Source: Tubiluchus corallicola | Lineage: Eukaryota > Animalia > Priapulida | NCBI GenBank assembly: GCA_030141605.1 | Contig: JAQGDQ010000419.1 | Coordinates: 139,168-203,167 of the forward strand | Length of the DNA stretch: 64,000 bases | Reading direction: 5' to 3' | Part shown: positions 14,001 through 26,000 of the stretch, in pieces | Numbering within the stretch: position 1 is the stretch's first letter | How the letters are laid out: every line of letters begins with the position of its first letter | The notes under the pieces: generated by a model | Seen by the model: the letters and a program-made list of their open reading frames with translations, nothing else | Told to the model about the DNA's origin: nothing | Databases searched by the model: none | Program-made: the position numbers and the translations under genes

Positions 14001-17000
14001 TTTGCCTATGTATGCCCACTTTACAAGAAGTTAATATATAAAGAAAAAGTCGGGCGTGTAGAATAAATGAAGAGAGAGTTGCAAGTTAGGTTTAATTGCC
14101 CAAAAAAATGTTAGGAAAGATGCTAAACCAACTTTACTAGCTATAGGTTTGATGAGAAATATACAAGCAGACTGTACAAAGTGATTTCATTACAAGCATA
14201 CTGTACAAAGTGATTTCATTACAATATTTTCATTAATTTACTTCTTCACTGCTAAATATCAATAGATCTACTGTGCAGATTTTTACTTCAAATTCGCTCT
14301 CCCCAAAAAACAAAATTAAAATTTTTACTAAATAAATTCAACATAATTTTTTACGAAAATACACAATGGGCATTACGTAAATTACATTTGCAACTGATTA
14401 TGTTTAAAGAGAAAATATGCAAACTGATTATGTTCAATTGCATGAAAGAGAAATCATGACATACCTAAGAAAATTGAGCCGCTCTTGCACTTGCTGTACA
14501 TGTGTGTATCGACTGTCAGGCAGAATCGTGTTCGGATCAGCATCTGGCGTTTCTGTAAAACAAAAACAGGTAAACCTCTCTAACCAACTTGCTTCTCACC
14601 TGGAAAAAAACTTTTCTGACCAAAATTAATTTAGCAGCTAAGCATCACTTGGGTCACAAATGCAGGAGTTGTGAGGTCACTTAAATATGTAAAAAGCCAC
14701 TTCTTAAACTGATATGTAGAAAGACGACAAGGTGCACGAGAGACAAGAAACACTGTATTAAACACTAGTGACCCAATGCTGTGCACCATAAACACTAAGG
14801 TAATTAAGAACCATTCAGGCTGCAGCTGTGATGAAAGATACAGCCCGGATCAATAAGATTCTACTAGGAGTGTCAAGTCGTTGCTCCATCTACAGGCAAG
14901 AATAAAAAGTATTTTTACAAAAATTTCAATACAATTTCAAATGAACAAAAATTTCAATGAAAAAAATTAAAAAACGTTATTTACTAAAACAGAACTGAGC
15001 ACCAGAAATATCTCTCATTAATAATTGTGCATAAAATTAATCTTGATTTTACTAAGTAAATAATGTCATGTTTCTTTTTAAAGCAGAGTTTCTGCCAGCA
15101 GGGAAAAACTAGTTAGTATATTAACAATTAGAAATAAATTATCTAACATTGTTTTTACATTGACTATATTACTTCAGCATTAGTATAACTTATTAAGTGT
15201 TTTCTAAACGCAGCATATTTATACTACGAGAAGTAAAAAATATTCGATAAATTTGATAGAAGCATGAGAATTCACTGCGTATGTCATAATGCTACACATC
15301 ATTATCACCTTTAGCCATCAGTCTCGACTTTGCCATGTAACTGCACAAGTTATTGGCCACTAGTATCACAAATGAATGGTCATTCTGTAATTTATTGATG
15401 ACCTCGTGCCGGTAGGAGAGGTGCGGACTACGCTGGGTGTGGTTGTAGTGCGGTGGTACCTCGGTGTACAGCTGACAAATCTCGCGTATCTGTTTTAGAG
15501 CTGGCAACACCCACTTGTCGTTTTTAAGCTCGTCGACGCATCGACTAATCCACTCTTGTTTCTGCGCGTCCCGGTCCTGCAAAGAACCCTGAAAAATGTT
15601 ACGTTAAATGCGAATTTTGTTACTCTAACTACATGCATAACAACTACACAGCAACCTGAACCCATCCCAGTTAAGACGAGTAATTTAAAGAGCTTTTGTA
15701 ACACTTCCCCACTTGTTGTTCCAGTTTAAACACCATGCTTTGAAAGTTTCGAACAAATAAAGATGAGCCCTTTCTGACGTTTTTTTACAACTGTACTTTC
15801 ATTTTCTTCCATGGCTTACGTTAACTGACAAATATACAGAGAAAATGCAAAAATAATTATTAGTTAAGAGAAGAGCAAAATTTTGCATCATCTGAAATGG
15901 CAAAGCTGCTCAATTTGAATCAAATATAAATAAGCCTTTTTACATTTCCAGCGATTGATGATGATCATGAGAAGGTCAAAGGTTGAAATACCAAACAACA
16001 TATTTGTGTACACTTGACAACGCCTCGTAGCTTATGCTACTGTTATAGTAACAGTTTTAACAGTTCGCTAGAACCCTACCTACTTTATTTTTTCTTCTTC
16101 CCAAGTAAGATCCTGCCAGTATATCAATCTACGTACAGACTAATGCATAACTAAGTAAATTCCATGTAAAACAATTGAACTTTACTGAACTGATGTGGCA
16201 AACGGCTTTGCTTTATCCACGTCATGTGACGAGTGTAGCTTAAGGCACTTTGCTGTGGCACACTTAACCTTTGACCTACAGCGTGCGCATAACAAAACTG
16301 CGAAAAGGCTAATTGAAAGGCCAGATTCTATGGACACTTATGTTCCATTTAACACAATGCAGGGCTATAGTGACAATTTTACCTAGGTCTGCAGTGCAAG
16401 CAAAGTTCATGGCATTGAAAATCTTGAAAGCATGGCATTTTTAGGAAGAAGCGTGAAATTCCAAACAAAAAAATTTGACAAGTTTACAATTAGCAAATGA
16501 AACCTAATGACAATTAAAAGATAAAAAAAATCAGCTGACAATCAGAAGTAATGTCAGGAGTATTCTCAAACCTGGAATGTTTATTCTAGTAGCAAATACA
16601 TTTCTAGGCTTTTTGCCTCTGAGTAAGCAATGAAGACGAAAATATTAGTGTATTTAAATGAAATGCCAGGGATGAATAGCATTCGCTCAATCAGCAAATG
16701 AACAGGTACACACGTTGTTGGTAACTGTTGGCGACCTACCTGTGAACAGCTGTAATCAAGAATTTTAATGTGAGCGCAAAGTGCTTGATCCATGATATCA
16801 GTGGGTACATCATCACTATGAGCAAGATTCCATAATAAACCAAGTACTTTATGAGCCATCACTCCCTCTTTATCATCCTCTGCTAATCGTCTTATCAGCT
16901 CCAATAACTTCTCTCTTTGCTTCTTGCTGGCATGATGCCAACTCAACTGCATGATGAGAAAATAAACAGGTAAACAAACAAACAAACAAACAAATTGGAA

Positions 17001-20000
17001 GGTGTGAATGCAACTAACAGAACGATACAAATAAAATAAAGTGATTCAATGAATTTCGACGTCTCTGCTAACCTGAAAGCATTCGAATAAATGATCTAGT
17101 TGCTCAGGAGTGAAATCCCACGCTAATTTAGCTAATAAATCGTGCACATTTTTAACAATGGCTTCATGCTTGCCAGCCTGGGCGGCCCATATACTGTCCA
17201 AGTCTTCTAGTGTAAGTGCCTAGACGAAACAAAAACAAAGTCTGTATAAAAAATCCATGAAACGACACTGAAGACAATGTTATCCAAGAACAAGAGCATT
17301 TTCCTGTCATTTTTTCCAAACAGTACATGAATTTCATAGCATATCTATCGTTACGTGAATTTCATAGCTTATCTATCTGTTACGTGAATTTCATAGCATA
17401 TCTATCTGTTACATGAATTTCATTGCTTATCTATCTGTTACGTGAATTTCATAGCATATCTATCTGTTACATGAATTTCATAGCATATCTATCTGTTACA
17501 TGAATTTCATAGCATATCTATCTGTTCCATGAATTTCATAGCATATCTATCTGTTACATGAATTTCATAGCATATCTATATGTTACATGAATTTCATAGG
17601 ATATCTATCTGTTACGTGAATTTCATAGCATATCTATCTGTTACATGAATTTCATTGCTTATCTATCTGTTACGTGAATTTCATAGCATATCTATCTGTT
17701 ACATGAATTTCATAGCATATCTATCTGTTACATGAATTTCATAGCATATCTATCTGTTCCATGAATTTCATAGCATATCTATGTGTTACATGAATTTCAT
17801 AGCATATCTATCTGTTACATGAATTTCATAGCATATCTATCTGTTCCATGAATTTCATAGCATATCTATCTGTTACATGAATTTCATAGCATATCTATAT
17901 GTTACATGAATTTCATAGGATATCTATCTGTTACGTGAATTTCATAGCATATCTATCTGTTACATGAATTTCATAGCATATCTATCGTTACGTGAATTTC
18001 ATAGCATATCTATCTGTTACATGAATTTCATAGCATATCTATCGTTACGTGAATTTCATAGCTTATCTATCTGTTACGTGAATTTCATAGCTTATCTATC
18101 TGTTACATGAATTTCATAGCATATCTATCTGTTACGTGAATTTCATAGCATATCTATCTGTTACGTGAATTTCATAGCATATCTATCTGTTACATGAATT
18201 TCATAGCATATCTATCTATTACGTGAATTTCATAGCATATCTATCTGTTACGTGAATTTCGTAGCATGTGAGCAGACTATTATGCTTTGTAACATTTCAA
18301 AACAGTTTTACTCGGTTTATAGGCCACTTTAAACTACTATCTTTAATGATTTGAATTTATTTAAGTTGATACTGTAATACACTTACAGTGATTATTATAT
18401 ATATAGTTTCTACTCTGCAGATATTCATTACTTTAACGTTTATTACTGACAAGACTTTTGTAAAGACATACCTTTTCTTTGATAATAAATCGTATAATTT
18501 TCTCTAGCTTTTCCACATACTGTGGTTGATGCAAGCTATCGCGCAGAACTATGGTCAGGACTTTATTCTCCTGTATCCATAACTGTAAGAAATTAAAAAT
18601 TGCACAATCAACAGCCCAGTTCTACATGATGTAAACTAAAAGCAGCTCATTTAGAAAAAGCTTTGGAACTCTGGTTATGTGAGACTAATTGCAAATATGT
18701 TGAACAGTGTCGTAAAATTTAAGTATGCAACTCACATTAACACTGACTATACACTCATATCTCGATATGCCAGACAAAAGCGGGGAAACGTCGGTCCGAA
18801 TTTGCCGATTGTCCCTATTCACCAATACTAAACTAATACAGTAGGCGCCGTGTATTAGACTCATGGTAATGTAAAATCAATCACCCAATTGTTTCAAAAA
18901 TGTCTAGTATGGGCTCCTAAACGGGCTTGTATACAAAAGTATATAAAAACTGTCGGCAACTGACTCAAATAACTCCGCATAATTGGGTCTTAAACATGCT
19001 GATTAAACACTTAAATATGTTGACATGCAAGCTACGCACGTGTTGTAACATGCTACTTGAATGTAAACAAAGTGACGGCCCGCCAACTAGCAGTCAGCTC
19101 GCGGAACAACGGACTGTGCTGTAGTATGCGGGACTTTTTAGTCAGACATCCGTAAAGTGGGGTCCGGCAAACCGAGATATGAGTGTACAAAGTAATCAAT
19201 CAAAAAACCGAATTTTGCCCCTTTCATACTGCAACACCTCGGAATTCTTAAAATTAACTTAAGTCGTACTGGTTACACTTAGACTCTAGGTGTCAGCCCT
19301 GTACAAAATATATCTAATCGACTTACAGCCATCCTTTCAGCAGTGAGCCAACCCTCCTCCTCCGGGCTGGTATGCCTGTGTGAGTAATAGGATACGCTAG
19401 TTATCACCTTGTTTACTTCATTGAGCGCATTCATTTTACCATTAAATGAGGAAATCTGTAGTAACCTGGAGTAGACAAGGTACATTGTAAAATTACATGC
19501 ATTAATACAATACATACCTCGAAAGCTTTCGCACTAAATCACAATGCTGTTCACAAAGTTCAAATAAACATGATCTCTTTATAAAAAAGCTACATTGTTC
19601 AATGCTGAACAGATCATAAAATGTCAGTCCTCCAAGTATGATCAAGCCTGTTCAACACTTGGTAATTTTTTTCTATAAGTTTGATTAAGTATTTGTAAGA
19701 ATTTAGCTATAAATACGTTAATAAATGGTATTAAGCTTATAAACTGTCACTGAATACTGAGTTTCTTGTCCTGAATTTTGCTACGTTTCTATGTCCATGA
19801 TCTACGAATAGAGACCAGCAGATGAAGCAGAATCAGAAAAGAAAACAGAGTAAGTCGGTCATGTAAAGCCATTTTCAAGATATGTTCTTTTTTACATAAC
19901 TTGCTACAAGTAAAGCTAAATATTTGTAGAAACTAGAGCGACTTTATGAAATATGAACCTTTAACTGATGCTAAACTTTTGTAAATATTCATGCAGAGGC

Positions 20001-23000
20001 AACGGGGGAAGGAGGCGACAGGGGGCACAAGGGAGAGAGGGCGCAAAATTCTTCTAGAGTTTAATGACTGTTATTTACTGATTATTAATCCGACGTTAGC
20101 AATATTAACAAAAGTTTTCAAACTGCATCAAAATTGCCTAGCAGAGATCACCATAGCTGACATAATTACTACGTAAAGCCTAGCAAAAATCTAATCTGGC
20201 TACTTAACATTGAGGGTGCCGTGTGGCTCAGCAGACAGATAATTTTGGAAGAAATGGTGACATTATTCTCTAAATGATGATTGCATTATTGTTAAAACAT
20301 GTTGTAGTAGTGTTCTGTATCTTTCATAATCTTTGCATATTTTAATGTTCAACGACTGTTGTGTTACAAGCAACTTTCCTAGACCAATGCATAGAAAACA
20401 GCGATTCTGCTGCAGTACTGCAAGTCAAGCTTAGGTGATTCTTAGAAAAAAATTTGTTGATCCCATCATGTCGAAAAAAGCAGGTGGGGCTCGGGGACGC
20501 AAAAAGACCTGCACAATTTGTGGCTTCATGTACGAAACAAATGAGCAAAATGTTAAAATGGTGGGTGGTAGAAGTTTTCTTGCCCCCGGGGTGCCACAAG
20601 CACTTATTACACCAATCTATTCACAATTTGTAGTAATATCACCATGTAATGGAGTGTTGTGCTCGTGTAACCATCTTTGTACATAATTCGAAACTAAGTG
20701 ATGACTTAGAGCCTAGTATGAACAAGTGTTTGATAGAAAAATTAATATCACTGGAAAACATTAGCCATTCATACAATGCAATAATAAATGTGTGCAACTT
20801 TTGCAGAGACCTGAAACACGCTTACCGCAGAATCATTTTGAGTCGAAAAATTTCTAGAGTTTTCAACTTTTCCTCTTGACCGGGAACACGACTGACTAGG
20901 CACTTTAGCGACTTTATGATTGAAGACAGCGCGTCATTCTTAGCCTCGTTCTTTGCTTCCTTCTTGAGTTCATCATCAGTTAGGGTGTCGAGAAACGTTG
21001 GCACTACTTCCTGTAATTCAAGCACGTCAAGGTGAAAAAGAGCAAGTGTATTAAAATAATTAATTAATTATTTGAATATATGACAGAAGCCTGCTTATAT
21101 CATTACAGATATTAATGCTATTATTACAAATACAGTAGGTGCCATTTATTAGACTCATAGTTAATAGAATTAGTTACTGACTTAAAAACAACTGCTGTGG
21201 GCCGCTTCATTTCAAATGTATATAAAAACTGATGATAATAGACTCAAATAACTCTGCATAATTGACTCAATATTTCTGCTTCAATAAGACACTTTCGTCT
21301 TAATAACATTAATTTCATCTGAGTTGACTTTTGCGCTTTAATACACGTACGAATCATCATGTTAAGTACTGTTTTGTTTGTAAGCGTAATGTTTATCATA
21401 TGCCTATATGCTACCGTAGCGGTTTTGCTTTGACCCGCCCGTCCACTGCAATCAACCTCGTTACGCAAGAACTTCTGGACAATTAATCGCTTGCCTAGCA
21501 GTTCGCTCTTCAAGCTCACGCTGATTTACACAGAACGTTTAATCATCCTGCAGCTGGTGTTACGCCAGGGATGCAGATACAGCACAATAAGATGATGCAA
21601 AGTTGACAGTAGATTGCCATGCAAACTCAAATGCTTGGATGACAGCTGTGTGTTGTTTCATGAATGGTCAGTGAAATGGAATGAGAACATCATACACCCA
21701 AGTGTTTTTGCATCGTACAACAACAGATTTTCAATGTTTTTATCATTACGAACACCACTTCTTTGTGACACAACTTCTTTGCACAAAAAATGAAGCAGCC
21801 CACTTTGAACAAATTTTTGTAAATTTTGTAAATAGACACTCGTGAGATTTAAAAAAGTAAACAATTTTATTACTTAATAATTCACCTTATAAATTAATAT
21901 TTTTAATAAGTGTAGGAACTTAGGCATTACTTCATTTCTAAAATTCGTTAAAAATCTTTGCAGTGCACACAAAGCAGACAATTCATACTTCTATACCAGT
22001 AATACGACATCTGTTAATTAATAATTTCAATTCAATGTCAATTCAATTTCAATTTATTTATCTCTTTATAATAGTACAATAAAACATGATTAATAAAAGA
22101 ATCTCTAATAAGTTTTGAAGAATGGTTAAAATGTATAGATAGATCTAGAACTAGAGAAAGGATAGCGAAAAGACTACAAAGTCACCTAGTCTGCTATCCT
22201 TTACCGAACATAGATAAAAAGATTTTTTAGACACTGGTGGACATTAATGTTATCAGTTTAATTTAGGAAACATTAGTAATTTTTAAAATTATGACATTTG
22301 CTATATAATCCAGAGAAAAGAATATACATGTAGTTTAATTAGCAGGCAACAAAATAAGGTCAATCTTGGTTAAACTAAAAATTGCATTTACATTTTATGT
22401 GAAATACAGGTCAAAATTGTTATGAAATGATAAAAACACTTTAGGTTAATAATGCTATTAATCAACCTAATAGATTCTGTTGATTAATAAGGTCAAAACA
22501 CTTCCATCGCAAAGTGAGTCTATCAAGCGGTGTCTACTGCATATAACTTTTTTGATTTGTTTAACTTATTTAACTTTCTTTCTCAATCATGCAAATGAGA
22601 TTTAAAATCATGCAGCAACATCACTTGTATAATTGCACACAGCATACTAGATAACCTGCACACTTGTAGTTAGATGCATAGAATCAATGCATTAGTAAAT
22701 TCACCAAGGTTGCATTAAGATCTTAATGTCAGCAGTAGTTTTATTAAACACCAAACTAATTGAAACTCTCTGAATTTATGAACTTTGGCAGCTATTTGAC
22801 ACCACTGAACTGCCGCTGAAATCAGATCCTAATAGAAACAGAATTAATTCATTGTTTTTGCTCAGTAGTCAACTGATAAAACCAGGTGCCAATATTAATG
22901 CAATACTAGTGCTAGAATGAAGATTACGCAACATCTGTAAACAATAAGTGAACTTGATTCTAATAAAGTAAAACCGTCGCTGAAATTCTACGGAAACAGC

Positions 23001-26000
23001 TTTAGCATCGAAAGCTGGAGTTGTAGATTTGGAACCGGGATCACAGACGAGGAGTCGGTCAATTCTTGGAGGCCAACCAGTTCAACAAACATTTTAAGAC
23101 AATGTAGCATTATTGCAAGCAGATTGATAGTTAAACAACAAATTTTTCTTCTTCAAGTAATGAAATGCAATTAGTCGATTAAAATACTCATAGCTTAAAT
23201 ATTAAATATTTACTTAGGGTTTTTAATTTATAAAGTTCACTTAAACTGTTCCATCTATCTTGGCAAGAGTCGGAGCTGAAACTTTAAAAACTCCTAGAGA
23301 CGAGACCAATTAATTTTTTTAGGGACCGATTCTGTAACTCTGCTAATGTGGAGTGTTTAGTCTTCTTAAAAATGCTGTATTCAAGTCATTCTTATGCAAT
23401 AGCTACAACTCTTTTGCTTTCTAACCACTCATGTGGTCTGGACAAACTAATGGGCAATTTGTCAAATCAATGAAGCCAAAGTAAGCGATCCTGTCAGACT
23501 ATTTTCCGTAGGATTTGACATGTTTTTTAGGGAGCTAAATCGACCTGTCAACTGCACAGTGTTGTCAAATCACCTGATCAACAATGAGTAACAATACTCT
23601 TGCATTCTATGAAATATAGTATATTCTGCTCCTCCTATTCGAGAAGATCATAATTTGTGACAGCAAATATTTTTTGGTTGCTTTGATTCAACTTCACCTA
23701 ATGCCTTCCTAATTTGTTCTGTGTCCACACGTGCTAAAAAATGTACGGAAGTAATATTTGTTTTCTGATAGTAAAATAATGATTATTTACTAAGAGTAAG
23801 TGACTGTAGGTACTTACGATGATTCTCATAAAATAAGTCTCGACAGTGTGCACGGTCAGAAGCTCGTAGCAAAGTCCGAAAGGCTTAATAAGAGCAGCTA
23901 TGATTGGTACGTTGAGCGTGGTCTCATTGTTGAATCGTTCTAAAAGTATCTGAAATCCGCCCAGCGTCCCGAATTTGTTGATGAGATCCACTAGCCAACC
24001 CTAAAACGAGAAATTGTTGTCGAAAGAGAAACGGTGGTTTTCGTAATTGTTCTTAAAACCTTAATATTCACAAAAATGTCACAAATTTTGTAGGAAATGA
24101 AGAAAAAAGAAAGCAAATAACGCATGCTAAAGAACAGCGCAGGTGCGATGTCACTTAAAGTACTTATTTAATTGTTATTAATCATTTTCATTAATAATTA
24201 CACTCTTATCTCGGTTTGCTGGACAAAAGTGGGGAGACGTAGGTGCGAATTTGCCAAATGCTCGTATTTATCGATAATAAGCTGATACGGTAATGTAGAA
24301 TTAGAATCAATCGCATAATTGCCTCAAAAACGTCTATTACGGGCCACTCTTATGCAAAAGTATAAAAAACTGTCGGCAATTGACTCAAGTAATGCCACAT
24401 AATCGATTGCATATTTTTATACCTAGAGATATACACATGGTTACACTGATGTAAACAAAGTGACGGCTCGTCAACTAGCAGGCAGCTCGCGAAATAAAGA
24501 ACTGCGTCCGTAGTATGAGGGACTTTTAACGGTCAATATTTTGTCCGATTTTTCTGACATCCGTAAAAGTGAGGTCTGGCAAACCGACATGTGAGTGTAC
24601 ATAATGAACAAAGCATGACAAAGTTCTACCAACAAGTTAACATTCAGCACAGCGTTTCAGTTGATTATAAGAAAAACTGTACAATTTATCTCACACATTA
24701 TTTGTTGCAACGTTTAGTTTTTTTCAATTTTTTTTGCAACAATATTCTAGTCGCTATAAATAATTACGAATTATCATTAAACAAAGACACAATTTCAATT
24801 TAATAAAACAAAATTAGTTCTCAAAGTCTATTGTCAGGACAAAGCACCTTTTAGAGAGAAGTTTTCAGTTGTAAAAAAACAGCTACAAAATCATCAGCAG
24901 CCATGACATAAGTTAGCGACTACAGAAACGCCTACTCAAATGAACTGTTAGCCTACTAGATGCCCCCTAGCATTCATTAAGTAAAACGCCACAATATAAT
25001 GTACCCTTGGAGTCCTGATATCTGGTGGCCGCGCAAACAAAACATCATCAGCAATTTGAGCTCCGGGTGGGACAGACTCGGATTGCCGAGTGCCGTTATA
25101 TAAGTGAAATCTGCAAGAAGAAATGCAAGGTTAAAATCATAAGTAGCGATTATTAGTTTCATACCGAAAGTGACAATTTCAAATCAAAATTGTTGCATAA
25201 AATAATTTGTGCACACAAGGCACATTTTGAGAGTTTATAGCAGAGTTGTCTCGACATGTGCTTAGCAGTTGAAGTTAAACAACATGAAGGCAGGTCAGTT
25301 AATGGATGAGCGACCATGTGGGTCCACAGTTGCTCTGGGCAATTACTGACTCTGGGAAGATAAATTCACGTCGGAAAGTCGTTGAGATCTTTGTGCAAAT
25401 TCAGTGTCTCATCATAGACGATTGACCGGCTTCTGATAATGAATAAAGTTCCAGTCCTGTCACACCTATCCACATTAACACTGCCACTGAGTGCCAGATC
25501 CCAATATGCTGATCGCCGAACTAAATGTAAATGTGTTTATACATAAAAAATAGTCGAGCAAGTCGAATCTTACTTATTTGTTGGATTTAAAAGCATTGCT
25601 AGTAAGTCCAGCAAGGGAAACCAGTCCTGTGATAGTTTGGCAACACAAAGTTCGACCAGCTTTTCTGAGTTGTTCAATATACAACGGTGTATCTCAAACT
25701 TCCAACCACTGACTGCCTCGTCCGTGAGAATCTTCGTGAACGATGTAGTCAGCCCTTCCCGAAAAAACCGTTGACAAGCCTCGCTTCTCGTGTCTAGTCC
25801 TGAAATAGACAAACAACGTTGTTATCAATGACACTTAAGCTTCATGCATTTAGTTCATCTGACCTTCCTATTTTTGTAAGCAGAAACGGTACTGCACTAA
25901 CAGGTGGTTCACTGTTTGCAATTTCACCTATTTGCAAAATAAAAAAATACGAACCAAAGCCTATTTTTACGTATCAAAATGCAAGTTTAACCTAAAATTC

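Noticed and set aside
22600-23230. LINE-like relics here and at ~31860-32130 and ~50590-50900
   Set aside because: Only isolated degenerate motifs; too decayed to delimit or classify
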